Source: Andalucia godoyi And28 (lineage: Eukaryota; Protista; Jakobida). Taken from it: a DNA stretch of 64,000 nt. This document shows positions 17,184 through 27,775 of this stretch, in pieces. The stretch lies in NCBI GenBank assembly GCA_009859145.1, contig VRVR01000042.1, forward strand, positions 197,332 to 261,331, read 5' to 3'. Numbering within the stretch: position 1 is the first letter of the stretch; each line of letters begins with the position of its first letter. Both the position numbers and the translations under genes were made by a program. The notes below the pieces were generated by a model. The model did no database searches. It saw only the letters and a program-made list of their open reading frames with translations, and had not been told where the DNA came from.

Positions 17184-19151
17184 ATGAATCCTCTATTGTC
17201 CTTTCGATCGGACTATCTATTGGCTTGTCAAACACTTTCGTTTCCGTCGAATTCGACGTTTTTGCAACAAATCGATGCTGAACAGTCCTTCTCGTTGACG
17301 GAACTCGTGTATTGTGGGTCTTCTGGACCGCTGTCAAAGACGGGGAGCATATGTCTGAGTCTTGCGCTTCAGAAGAACACGTCGGTGCGATCTCTCGAGC
17401 TTGCATCGAACAAAATGGAAGACGACGGAGCCTCGGCGATCGTCACGTCCTTGTCTCTGCGATACCAATCGTTCTCTGTGTATATCACACGTCTTGATTT
17501 ATCTGGGAATTCACTGACGCTGCGATCGTGTGGTTCGATATCAGATTATTTGTTATCTTCTTCTGGGAGCCATCTTTCAACACTGATTTTGAGAAACAAC
17601 AAGCTGGAGAGCCAGGGTGCGCAGAGGATCTTTAAAGCTGTTTGCGCGTCGCGAACGCTGGAAAGCTTAGATGTTTCTTCTTGTGGGATAGGCGCTGAAA
17701 TTGCCGAGTCGTTTGGAGAACTCCTGTCCTTGAATTCGTCGATTGCCAATTTGTCAGTGAGTCATAACCGATTTGGAGATCGTGTGCTTGAACATGCCAA
17801 AGATGCTCTGGCTGTGAACCCGACGCTCGTTTCGCTGAACTTGGAGTCTTGCCAGCTTGGATTCCAAGCCGCGAAGGCGATCCTTGCTGCCCTGAGCATC
17901 AACAACACCCTGCTTACACTGGACTTGAAGTTTAACAACATTTCGCCTGCCATCGCCTCTGGCATCTCCAAGTCGCTGGAGCGAAACAGCCGGAGGGTGT
18001 CACTCCATGCCCAGTCGTCAAAGTCCCAGATATTTCTCCTCCAGCATAGTGTTGGGTCTCCGCAAACGAATGCCCATGTCGCATCCGGGTCCGTCTCAAG
18101 CCGGAGTCCGAGTCCCAGTCCAAGCTCGAGTTCTCGATCTGCCGTATCAATGGCTTCCATGCCTGACGCATCTTCTTCTTCCTCCGCTTATGTCGGTATT
18201 GGAATGGGCCTTCACCACCCGTCTCCGTTTTCGCCTCTTCCGCCACCGCCCAAACCGGGCTCCGTGGAACCAGTCGTTCAAAACCACCATAGATTGAATA
18301 TTGGTGTTTCCCAGCCACCCGTTTCTTCTGCCAGCAGCTCATCGGTTGCTCCTTCCCCTGCTCAGATTCCTCCGCCTTTGGCTTCATCATCGTCATCATC
18401 ACCGTATTCTACGTCTGTTTCTCCCGGGAATGGTCCACCGCTGGGGAACTCCCCCGAATCGTATGCTCACTCTCCATTTGTGGATCGCTTGACAGCTTCC
18501 CCAGGTATCGTGTTCCCTCATCTGATGAAACGATACGCCAAAGTCATCGACATGGCGGAAGCCTTGCTCCCTCCTTCCGAAAAGGGCCTTCTGCGCGATT
18601 TTTTCCGGTACGCCTGTACGAATTTGGAGCGCCTGGAAGAACAGCAGTCTCATCATTCTGCCGATGTGCAAGACGTTATGCACCGCCTTCAAGCGCAGAT
18701 CGCGAATCTGACAGTGGAACTTGTTGATCGGGAAGAAACCATCCTGCAACTTGATGCGCAGTGTTCTCAGCTGCAATCCGTGGTCGAGGACTTTACCAAG
18801 CGGGATTCCGAGATGAAATTGGAGTCGGAAAAGCTAAGACAGCAGCTGGCGCAGGAACGCCGAATGCGATTAGAACTGCTGGACCAGCTTCTCGATCGTC
18901 CGGAGACTTCGTTGGAAGAGCACCAAAAATCAGACAACATTCCATCCCTGTCTTTTGATAATGCAGATTTGCTGCGATCTGAAAATTCCTTTTTGATCCA
19001 AGCGTTGCTGCAAGCTCAAAAGAAGAGCCAGTTTTCGCCGCACCGTTCGCCACTCACACAGCCCTCGCAACACCCTCTCATTTCGCCGACCGACCTGCCT
19101 TTCCATCGCTCCACCTCCTCTAAGAACTCCAAGGAGGGCGGCGCAATTTGA
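17184..19151 (+). CDS. RNI-like (ribonuclease-inhibitor type) LRR protein with a Ser/Pro-rich linker and C-terminal coiled coil (655 aa)
   Basis: Repeats SVRSLELASNKMEDDGA, ITRLDLSGNSL, LSTLILRNNKLESQGA, LESLDVSSCGIG, LVSLNLESCQLG and LLTLDLKFNNIS; first ATG at 17184. Confidence 0.85.
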   Translation: MNPLLSFRSDYLLACQTLSFPSNSTFLQQIDAEQSFSLTELVYCGSSGPLSKTGSICLSLALQKNTSVRSLELASNKMEDDGASAIVTSLSLRYQSFSVYITRLDLSGNSLTLRSCGSISDYLLSSSGSHLSTLILRNNKLESQGAQRIFKAVCASRTLESLDVSSCGIGAEIAESFGELLSLNSSIANLSVSHNRFGDRVLEHAKDALAVNPTLVSLNLESCQLGFQAAKAILAALSINNTLLTLDLKFNNISPAIASGISKSLERNSRRVSLHAQSSKSQIFLLQHSVGSPQTNAHVASGSVSSRSPSPSPSSSSRSAVSMASMPDASSSSSAYVGIGMGLHHPSPFSPLPPPPKPGSVEPVVQNHHRLNIGVSQPPVSSASSSSVAPSPAQIPPPLASSSSSSPYSTSVSPGNGPPLGNSPESYAHSPFVDRLTASPGIVFPHLMKRYAKVIDMAEALLPPSEKGLLRDFFRYACTNLERLEEQQSHHSADVQDVMHRLQAQIANLTVELVDREETILQLDAQCSQLQSVVEDFTKRDSEMKLESEKLRQQLAQERRMRLELLDQLLDRPETSLEEHQKSDNIPSLSFDNADLLRSENSFLIQALLQAQKKSQFSPHRSPLTQPSQHPLISPTDLPFHRSTSSKNSKEGGAI

Positions 19152-19414
19152 TGGGGGGACCTCTTCCTTGCTGTTGGCTGGGTGTTTATTTATTTGTTTA
19201 TTTATTTCTGATTGTCAGACAAAACAATGTATCATGATTGGCAATGGTTTTTTAAAATTAATATTATGTTTGCCTTTACCATGGCCCCTTCTTAGTTCCA
19301 AACTGTCAAATTTCTGTGGAAAGCTTGCATAAATACAGAAGCTCTCGCGCGGGGTCGCTGGAAGACGGCGCTGCCATTCAACCCAGACTACTATTCATCA
19401 AACATGGACTGTAG

Positions 19415-19798
19415 CGCCTACATTATACACTGAACATGCATACCCACGAGCAGACATGCATATTCAGTCTTGCATCCCGTTGTCAGGAAGGGGATAGGCA
19501 CCCAACACGCCTCATGGCATTCTTCAGATAAACGTTCCGCGCTCCGTTCCCAATCTCGATCAATCGGTGAGCCACTTTCTCAGCGTGACACGTTGTTCCT
19601 GAGAAGGGTGCATTTTTGATTCTGACGGCCCTAGCAGTAGGTGTAGTGACACGTGGTCTCTTAGGAGGTCTGCGGGACCTAGGAGGCCCTGTATCACGAA
19701 TTCTTGTGAAGCAAACGTGCTGGTGTCGGCCAGTATTGACCGTGCCTGTTTATGTATACTCCCCCATATGCATGACAATGATGTGCTATCATTCAGCG
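19415..19798 (-). mobile_element. Non-autonomous Fanzor2/IS607-TnpB-type element, copy A (internally deleted)
   Basis: The left ~100 nt and right ~155 nt are highly similar to 36769-37186. Frameshifted remnants RRPPKRPR..RAVRIK/MHPSQEQRVTLRKW (TnpB N-terminal HTH-like) are fused to PIDRD/NGARNVYLK (RuvC-III). Ends CG...CAGTGTATAATGTAGGCG. Confidence 0.85.
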
Positions 19799-20192
19799 AG
19801 AAAAAAAATAAATAACGCAGGGCGTGGGGCGAAGATGCCAAATCGTCATCTCGGTCGTAGTGACTCGTGCCCTCTCTACACATCACCAATTGCATTAACA
19901 AAAAATTGTCCGGCAGAGCGCAACAAATTTGGATCCAGTTTTTTTTATTCCGCCCTTTGATTTTATCCGATGTTCGCTGGTCTTTTTATCCAACCTGACT
20001 GTTTCGTTCCCCAAAGGCTTTTTGCTTTTTGCTTTGCGTGTGTGTGTGGGTGTGTGGGTGTGTTATAGTTTTCTCGGTTTTTGACAGTGGGGTGTTTTCG
20101 TGTTTTTCTCCACGTCTTCTTTGCATGTTTCATTTTCAAAGATCAATCCTTGGTGAAAATACGTGGTCCTAGATTGCCGAGCTCAGCGACGA

Positions 20193-21890
20193 ATGGAAGA
20201 TCAAGTGATTGAGACGGAAGTCGAGAAACCGAGTCCTTTGGTGCTGTCCGCCGAGCCAAGTCTTTTGCTCCCAGACAGCACTTTCTCGTCGTCTTCTAGT
20301 GCTACTTCCTCGGGCGGTAGCACCACTCATAACATTAACCACGTTAATCCAAGCCGTAGCGGTGGCGGTGGTTACAGCACCAATAACAATGACAGCCAGT
20401 CTAATGAGAGTATGGGTCCGTCGACGCCAACGAGTTCGACGAGCAAGACGGGCAAGACAGGCAAGGACGGCAAGGAAGACGAAGAGTCTCTTTTGCACAA
20501 ACTGCTGTTTATGCCGGTGAATGCGACTAAAGCCACGATGAAGGCCACGATGAAGGTAACCAAATTCGCGACAATGGCGGTCGTCGATGTCACAAAACGC
20601 GGAACCAAGGAGCTCGTGAACTTCTCTCTGAATGTGACAAAGCGACACAAGGATTTGCAGAACGATTTGGAAGCCTACAAGCTGATGCAAATGTACTCGC
20701 GCGCCCAGGTCTTGTTTGTGATCTTCTCGCTGACTGTGCTCATCGGTCTGCAAGATGGCCAGTATGACGAAACTCTCAGTGTGTCATCCGAGAATGTCCT
20801 CAAAATAATCTTGCTGATTGCATCGGTGCTGCATATTGCGTTAATCCATGCGCACTACAGAGCAATCATCAAAGTCATCAGCTCTTCGGGGCTGTTGCCG
20901 CAAAACGCTTCGATTTATCGAGCAAACTTGATTCACTGGTTCTTGATCGAAGTCGGGATCTGCTCTGTCTTCCCTTACCCGTTTGTCAATTTTGGAAGTC
21001 TGCGAACACAACAATTGTTTGGGTGCTTTGTGTTCACCAGAGTCTACCTGATGGGAAGGTTTTTCTATTACCGATCGTATTTCACGTCTGCAACAGGTCG
21101 CTTTGTCCAGGGATTCACCAAAATGCGATTCAACGTTCCGTTTGTGATACGAGTGTATCTGCAAGAGGAGCCGTATGTTGTGCTGATTGGTGGGTTTATG
21201 GTAGTGCTTTGCAGTGTGTCGTACATGGTTTGGGTCGCGGAGCGTCTCGAAAACCCATTTTTGGATTCTTATTCAGACTGCATGTGGATGGTGGTAGTGA
21301 CGATTATGACCATTGGTTACGGCGACAGGACTCCCGTGACCCCCGAAGGTCGGACGATTGTGCTTGTTGGCGGGTTTGCAGGAATCATGCTGACGGCAAT
21401 GATCATCACATTGTTCCATCGTGAGCTGCAGCTGACCCCACAAGAAGCGAAGCTTGTGTCGTTTCTCCACAACGACAAGAACAACTCAAGAATGAGAAAC
21501 CTTGCTGCATCATCCATCCAGCTCTGCTGGAAGCTGTATACTCTCAAGACGACCGAAATCACCCAGGACCGTATGGAAAGGTTTGTGATGGAGCGAGTGA
21601 TGCAGAAGCATCGTCTCATGGTTTCAGAAGCTGAGCGACAGCTGTTCCTCACTCTCTCGTCATTTCGTGCAGTTCGCAGACAGATGATATCCGATATCAT
21701 TTCAAATTCTCTGGATCCGACGTCCATTGTGGAAGCCGTGCATATGGAAGTGAAGAGCCTTCAGCGCTCAATGGATGCCTCCCAAGCACCGCTTGAACAA
21801 CGAATCGACCGCCTGGAATCTCAGCTTTCCGAGATTCTGCTGCTTCTCCGTTCTCAGCAACGACCGGTCTTTGACGTTTCTGGCTTGTAG
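20193..21890 (+). CDS. Small-conductance Ca2+-activated K+ channel (SK/KCNN-like), 565 aa
   Basis: Six TM segments, pore WMVVVTIMTIGYGDRTPVTPEGR, calmodulin-binding region LQLTPQEAKLVSFL..RMRNLAASSIQLCWKLY, and a C-terminal coiled coil. Confidence 0.9.
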   Translation: MEDQVIETEVEKPSPLVLSAEPSLLLPDSTFSSSSSATSSGGSTTHNINHVNPSRSGGGGYSTNNNDSQSNESMGPSTPTSSTSKTGKTGKDGKEDEESLLHKLLFMPVNATKATMKATMKVTKFATMAVVDVTKRGTKELVNFSLNVTKRHKDLQNDLEAYKLMQMYSRAQVLFVIFSLTVLIGLQDGQYDETLSVSSENVLKIILLIASVLHIALIHAHYRAIIKVISSSGLLPQNASIYRANLIHWFLIEVGICSVFPYPFVNFGSLRTQQLFGCFVFTRVYLMGRFFYYRSYFTSATGRFVQGFTKMRFNVPFVIRVYLQEEPYVVLIGGFMVVLCSVSYMVWVAERLENPFLDSYSDCMWMVVVTIMTIGYGDRTPVTPEGRTIVLVGGFAGIMLTAMIITLFHRELQLTPQEAKLVSFLHNDKNNSRMRNLAASSIQLCWKLYTLKTTEITQDRMERFVMERVMQKHRLMVSEAERQLFLTLSSFRAVRRQMISDIISNSLDPTSIVEAVHMEVKSLQRSMDASQAPLEQRIDRLESQLSEILLLLRSQQRPVFDVSGL

Positions 21891-22027
21891 TGCAATGTGC
21901 AGTGTGCAGTGTGTGCATGCAAGTTTTACGTATTTCACTACCTTTGTGTATTACTCTTATGTATGCGAACAGATATATCCCATAATAATCAATTCTTTTT
22001 TTATTTTTGTTATTTTTTCAAAAACAG

Positions 22028-22265
22028 CGTCTACATTGTACACTAACCACGGATAATCATCGCTGATCACCCATAATCAATGTTGCAACCTAAGAACATG
22101 CATAGCATGATTGGGAAGGGGGTGGGCCCCCAACACGCCCCTCGGCATGAGAGACGTTCCTAAGATAGATGTGGATGATGCGGGTCGTTCCGGTGGCGGT
22201 GGAGATGTCACAGGTCTTGCGCAGCGTTGCGAGCGCGACGTACATGGTGCGTTGCATGGACAATA
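22028..22265 (-). mobile_element. Diverged Fanzor2-type relic, copy C
   Basis: Minus strand carries IIHIYLR followed by GCCGAGGGGCGTGTTGGGGGCCCACCCCCTTCC and TATGCATGTTC, shared with copies A/B. Right end TAGTGTACAATGTAGACG at 22045-22028. Left end uncertain. Confidence 0.65.
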
Positions 22266-22689
22266 AAAATAAAAATAATGAAATGAGCGTCGCTGTGCGA
22301 GAATGCCACGCGGCGGCGTGTTTATAGGGATTTCATGATCAAAATGGGGCGAAACGAATCGAGCATCGTGTGACGGAGTTGTCAAGATAGCAGACGCATG
22401 CGCATGGCGGGTGGTAGTGTTTTTTTGTTTGCGTGCGCCTTAGATTGCTTCATCATATCGCAATAAGTGACGGCGGTGTTTTCTGCAAATTCCCAGCAAA
22501 TGTTGTGTGGCAAACAGTCAAACCAAAGCCAAGCCAAACCGAAAGCAAGAAAAGAAAAGAAAAGAAAAGAAAAGGCACAATTCAATAATCACAATTTTAT
22601 GGGCATGGTCCATACAGCAAAGATGCAGACCAGGTACCTTCTGGCTTCTCCGCGTTGCCTTCTTCTTCATGCCTGTCCAATCACGACAA

Positions 22690-24795
22690 TCACTCATGTT
22701 GTCGACGACGGGACTTTTGGAATCGGTGCTTGCGCTGTCGTTCATCCGCCTCTTCCGCTTCCTTTTCCTTCACCTTCTGCATCGAAAGTTCTTTCAAGCG
22801 CGAGCGATCCAAAAGTTCGTTAGAGTCGTCGTCGCTATCGCTCTCCTCCACCATTTGATTAAGAAACTTGGAAACGTTATGAACGGAGATCGTGTTGTCA
22901 CGGACAGCTGGAGATGCACTTGCATGCGACGCTGAAGTCCGCGAACTGGATTTTGGAGACGCGGGGGTGTCGTACAGCGGTGAAGTGTGCGTGGTCGAGT
23001 CATCGCCGACGGCTGCATATGGATCTTGGTCATCCGTACTCGCTGTACTGCCGCGCTTTGCCGACGAACCACCAGCACCAGCACCAGCACCAGCACCATG
23101 TGAAGATCCTGCCGATTCCCTTGGCGTTGGGGGGGACGACGATTTCTTTTGCAATTCAGCTTGCAAATCCAGGACTTTGACTTCCAGTCGCTGAAGCATC
23201 AGAAGAACCTTGTCATCGGCGACGGTGGCATACAAATTCTGGTCTGCAGACGCGATTGTGTCTCCTTTGATCGCAGATATATCGACGGCAGCATGCGCAC
23301 AAAGCGCCTCGACGCCCGCCTTGACGTCCACGTACAACCTTGACAACTTCTCATACTTGGCAGACAGGCGATCATACGAAGCCTGCGATTCAGTGAGCTG
23401 ATCCTCGAGCTGCTTGATGAGCTGATTGTGCGATGGGGCATTAGACGAAGCAGACGCCGAGGACCCGCTGCCCTCCAGGATGCTGGACGAAGGATCCGTG
23501 GTGGATCCATTGGACACTGTTCCCACCCCATTTCCGTTTTGTTGGGCTGCTCGCCATTCCTCCAACTGTCTCTGCAACCGGTGGTTCTCCTCGCCAAGTT
23601 CATTGTTGAATCGAAGAAGACCGTCGTTTGCATTCTGAAGATCGAGCGAACGCTCCAGTGCTTCGTCTGCGGTCGAGCACCCAAGCGTCGTCCTCAAACG
23701 GTCCACGAGCACTGGATCGGCGGTGTCACGGCGCACTGCGGAAAGATCGTGGGCTGACGCGTTGTTCTGACTTGTATCTGAATTGGAATCCTTGCTGCTT
23801 GACGCATTTCCTGCATTTGACCCGTTCACTCCGTCCTTGTCCCGCGTTGTGTCGACCTTCTTTTGATCACGAAGAAGAGTTTCCGCCACTCTTCGATTTG
23901 CACGAAGGCGCTCATCCATGATACGCATCTCTTGCTGCCACTGCATTTTTTCCGATTCAAACTGCAAAGTGATTGCAGCAACTTCCGATTGCGCAGCGTC
24001 GCGTGCAGCCTCGGACTGCCGATGCGAAAATTCAAGTTCCTGAATCGAGCGCTCTCGTCGCTTCACCTCTCTTTGGAGTTTCTTAATTTCTGTTTGCAAT
24101 TGCTGGATCTGCAAATTGTAGTCCGCCTCGAAATGCTTCACATTCTCCAGCTGTGCTCGACGGTCCGACGCAGTGCGTTTCACAACATCCAGCCGCGTCT
24201 CCAATCGCGCAATCGTGCGCGCAGCAACTAGATCGTCGCGTAATGGATCGTTCGCGGTGAGATTCTGCACGATTTCCTTGTGTTGCAAAAGAAGGGCATC
24301 CAGCCTCTTCACTTCTTCATCTGACTGAAGTCGAGCGGAGCGCTCGTCATCAAACATGCGCTTCACCCGCTCGACTTCTCTCTGCAGCTGCAAAATGCGC
24401 TCGGCCTCATTGATCGCAGCTTTCACAGATGTTGGCCCCGCTGCATCGAGTCTGCGTTGCAAGAGCTCATCACGAAGACGCTTACTGTCTTCGCGGAGCC
24501 GCTCGATTGTAGCCTTGTGCTGCGAGTCTGACAGCGCATGCTTCTTCACATCCGCCGAGTGCGCATCTTCCAGAATGCGGACTTTACGCTGCAAAAACTT
24601 GATTTCCTCCTTCAGTTCCTCTGCGTCGTCCCCATCCGTTAGCGGGGCAGGACGACCAGTACTGCGAGCAGGGTTTGGAGTACCTGTCAAGGACGACCTG
24701 TGCGGAGTTCCATGCGATGTGCCGGGTCGCGAAGGTATCCCAGACCGGTGCGTACCCCCGCCTTGTACAGGAGAAGGCGAACCACGAAATGACAT
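22690..24795 (-). CDS. Long coiled-coil protein (701 aa), function unknown, possibly flagellar or cytoskeletal
   Basis: ATG at 24795; extended E/K/R/Q/L heptad-like stretches with Ser/Gly-rich linkers. Confidence 0.8.
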   Translation of the reverse strand: MSFRGSPSPVQGGGTHRSGIPSRPGTSHGTPHRSSLTGTPNPARSTGRPAPLTDGDDAEELKEEIKFLQRKVRILEDAHSADVKKHALSDSQHKATIERLREDSKRLRDELLQRRLDAAGPTSVKAAINEAERILQLQREVERVKRMFDDERSARLQSDEEVKRLDALLLQHKEIVQNLTANDPLRDDLVAARTIARLETRLDVVKRTASDRRAQLENVKHFEADYNLQIQQLQTEIKKLQREVKRRERSIQELEFSHRQSEAARDAAQSEVAAITLQFESEKMQWQQEMRIMDERLRANRRVAETLLRDQKKVDTTRDKDGVNGSNAGNASSSKDSNSDTSQNNASAHDLSAVRRDTADPVLVDRLRTTLGCSTADEALERSLDLQNANDGLLRFNNELGEENHRLQRQLEEWRAAQQNGNGVGTVSNGSTTDPSSSILEGSGSSASASSNAPSHNQLIKQLEDQLTESQASYDRLSAKYEKLSRLYVDVKAGVEALCAHAAVDISAIKGDTIASADQNLYATVADDKVLLMLQRLEVKVLDLQAELQKKSSSPPTPRESAGSSHGAGAGAGAGGSSAKRGSTASTDDQDPYAAVGDDSTTHTSPLYDTPASPKSSSRTSASHASASPAVRDNTISVHNVSKFLNQMVEESDSDDDSNELLDRSRLKELSMQKVKEKEAEEADERQRKHRFQKSRRRQHE

Positions 24796-25470
24796 CTCTC
24801 ACTTTCTTTGTACGAGGCGTCCTTTTTGCGGAAATGTGTGTCTCCCACTCTTCTCTCTCTCTCTCTCTCTCTGTGTCTCCCTGCTTCCTTTGGTGATGTG
24901 AGATCAGCAGAGAATACAAAGACCAAACCGACCTTTATATTCAGAGCAGGGTAGTAAAAATGATTTTTTTTAAAAATAAAGGGAAAAAACAGAAACGTAT
25001 TGGGATACGCACAGAAATGTCAGTTCAGATACTTGTTATTGTTGAATGGTGGGAGTTTTCTCTTTAGGATGAACAAAATCAAAAAGAAAGCAAACAGAGG
25101 AGGATGGCTTCGAAACTGTTTGGGCGGCGGACAAAGAAAAAAAACAAACGGGCTTGTCAGCAAGAACAGCATGCGATCAGCGGAAACGAACGGTTGGTAT
25201 GAGCACCGCCGTCGTTGAATGATACTGACAGATGCGCGCGTCGCCACTTGTTGAGGGCCCCCAGCAGCTCCCGCAGTCGTCTGAGCAGAATACTTTGTCA
25301 ATGCTCAACAGCCCCGTACAGCAAGTCAGAAGTAAAATAAAAAAACAAAAACCCTGAAGACGCCGACCTGGGCACTTCTCGGCCGCACAAGTCACAACAC
25401 GGCCATGCCACCACCACCACCACATGGGAGCTTTTGGGGGATTCTTATCGGAAGGTGGAAGGGCCATAAC

Positions 25471-26514
25471 TCAAGAGTGCTGAATGAAAAAGTCATCTGG
25501 AGATCGTCGACATGGCTCTGGAATGACAAACCAGTGCGGGGACCGCTCGGACATGAGCCATTTAAAGTCGTCGACCATGTCCCACCGATTTCTGTCTTTT
25601 GAAAAGCCGCATGCCTTCATTTGCTCCTCGAGGAGTGAGTACTGAGCGGCGTACGGCGCAAATCCCATTTCCGAGCAGTCCTCAATGATTGGATTCGAAC
25701 CGCAGTGCAGATAAAGCGAGCACTTGCTGGAGCTGTGGATGCGTGCCTGGTGACATGCAATAACAATGATACAGCTGTGACACTTGTCGACGAACAGGGA
25801 AGAGTCAACGGGGCCCATCACAATCTCACAGTCGTCACACTCGGAGACCGTAACCGCGCCAACAGACACTGGAATCTCAATTCGAACGCCACGGCACTTT
25901 GCAATTGAAACGGTCTTGCCAAGGAAGCCCTCTGAGAACGTGTGACACGGCCGAGGGCCCTCGGCTTCCAGCGCCACAAGATCCTCAATCTTTTGGATGG
26001 AGGCGCCCTCGGCCATCAGTTCCAGATCTTTTCGCTTTGCCGACCCATTCTCAGCCAACGACGCAGCCGGCGCTGGCGGGGGGCCCGTCTTCACTCGAGC
26101 GCCGAGCAGCGAGAACTTCTTCTTTGGAGCACCGGTCTCCTTCCTCAGTTTTGCGACACGCGACGAAAGCTCCGTGATCTGCTCCTGTCCTCTCCGAAGC
26201 TCATACGCCGGCAAAAAGCGAGCATGCGCATTCAGCTGCGCTTGCAATTCTTGCAGTGTGCTTGTATACGCCTTGAATGCCTCCTCATCAGACGGAGCGG
26301 ACCGCGAAGAAGCAGACGAAGACGAGGAAGAAGAGGAATCAAGCTGCTCAGAGAGGCTCTTGCAGCGCATTCGGAACAGAGTCACAAATTCCTCCGTGTT
26401 TTCCTCGGGCGCGCTTTCATCATGAAGCTGCTCAACGCGAGCATTGTGGGCTTCTTGAAGTGCCTGCTGACGATCTGCTAAGCGCTCGCGCACTTGGGAT
26501 TCTCGATCCGTCAT
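25471..26514 (-). CDS. TBCC: Tubulin-folding cofactor C (347 aa)
   Basis: N-terminal helical domain (YELRRGQ) and C-terminal C-CAP/cofactor C beta-helix GPVDSSLFVDKC..ACHQARIH..LYLHCGSNPIIEDC..FAPY..NRWDMVDDFKWL..SPHW. Confidence 0.95.
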   Translation of the reverse strand: MTDRESQVRERLADRQQALQEAHNARVEQLHDESAPEENTEEFVTLFRMRCKSLSEQLDSSSSSSSSASSRSAPSDEEAFKAYTSTLQELQAQLNAHARFLPAYELRRGQEQITELSSRVAKLRKETGAPKKKFSLLGARVKTGPPPAPAASLAENGSAKRKDLELMAEGASIQKIEDLVALEAEGPRPCHTFSEGFLGKTVSIAKCRGVRIEIPVSVGAVTVSECDDCEIVMGPVDSSLFVDKCHSCIIVIACHQARIHSSSKCSLYLHCGSNPIIEDCSEMGFAPYAAQYSLLEEQMKACGFSKDRNRWDMVDDFKWLMSERSPHWFVIPEPCRRSPDDFFIQHS

Positions 26515-27775
26515 GTACCCGTTTTATCCCTTTTCTTTTTTCCGTCTCCTTTTTGTCTGCTCCCCTCTTCCCCGACAAAATAATGTCAAAAGAACAAAAA
26601 ATAGAGGTGTGAATGGGTATATACATATATATATATATATATGTATACATAAAATAGAATGGAAATGGGGAAAAAAAGAACGGCTGGCAGCTTTTTCGCA
26701 GCAATGTTGGACATCAAACAAATATGATTTTCCTACCGTAGTCCAGTCTAGGAATTTCTTTCGTTCTTTCACTTTTTGTTCTCTCTGTTATTCTTTCTGT
26801 TTACGTTTTATTTTACAATCGAACCCTCAAGCAGCACCATTCATCATAGACAAAACAAACACGTCTCATGGCTCCATAGAGGGAAACTTCCCCAACAAAA
26901 CCAAACCGGCCATCCCCGAAGATGCCGAGAACCAAGAAACTTGTTGATTCCCTTCTCGTCGCAACTTGCTGATGATCATCACATCACGGAGATGTGGTCG
27001 ATTTGCGTTCGGAATGCGCTTTTTCAAGTCAGAGAACAAGAAGGAGCAAAGGCAAAAGCGTCGTTCGCCGACTACATTCTGTTTCCTCCAACGTTCCTTT
27101 TTGAATGTTGAATCAATTGGGGAATATGTTGGCTGCGATGATCCTTTGATGTAGAGGTGGTGCTCGCCCCCCCCCCCCCCCAAATAAAAACAAAGAACAC
27201 GTAGCTTGGATCTGTCTTCGGTGACAGCTTAGTCGATGACCACTAGCGATTCATGTTTTCTTGGCGAGCAGAACGAATGAGGAATCACGACCGAGGAATC
27301 GGGCAGAGCGCCACTGACTGTAAAAATCAGCATCCCGGCACGGAAGAGGAGGAAACGACGTGCGGGAAAAATCCACTGTAGTTCAAACGCGTATCGGGTG
27401 TAGTGATTATGCACACGCTGAGTTGATTCTAAAATTACTTTTTTTCGTGCATGTTGTTTTGAGCAGAGAGCATTCGTTGTTTTCTGACATCGCTCTTTGA
27501 ATGACACACTACTGACTTTCAAAGGCACTCCTTTCTTTTTTTTCTTCTATTACTTTTAGCAGTTCATTTCCGACGGCCTTTTTGTTTTGCTTTCCTTTTT
27601 CCTTTCCGTTGTTGGTGGATCTCTCAGTCACTTCCTCGTCCTTCGAACTTGTTGACCAGATTTTCTTTTTTTTTTCTTTCGGAAAAAGAAAAACAAAAAA
27701 CAAAAAACAAAAGCAAAAACAAACGAACAACAACAACAACAAGAAGCAATCAAGGGTTCAAAAAACAAAAAGAAA

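Noticed and set aside
25177-25467. Short Cys-rich minus-strand ORF (FCSDDCGSCWGPS)
   Set aside because: It abuts the TBCC stop and is probably 3' UTR; no family support.
26776-27528. Possible small spliced gene on the minus strand (ATG 27490, MSEKQRMLSAQNNMHEK, GTAATT donor)
   Set aside because: No splice model gave a recognisable protein; left unresolved pending RNA data.
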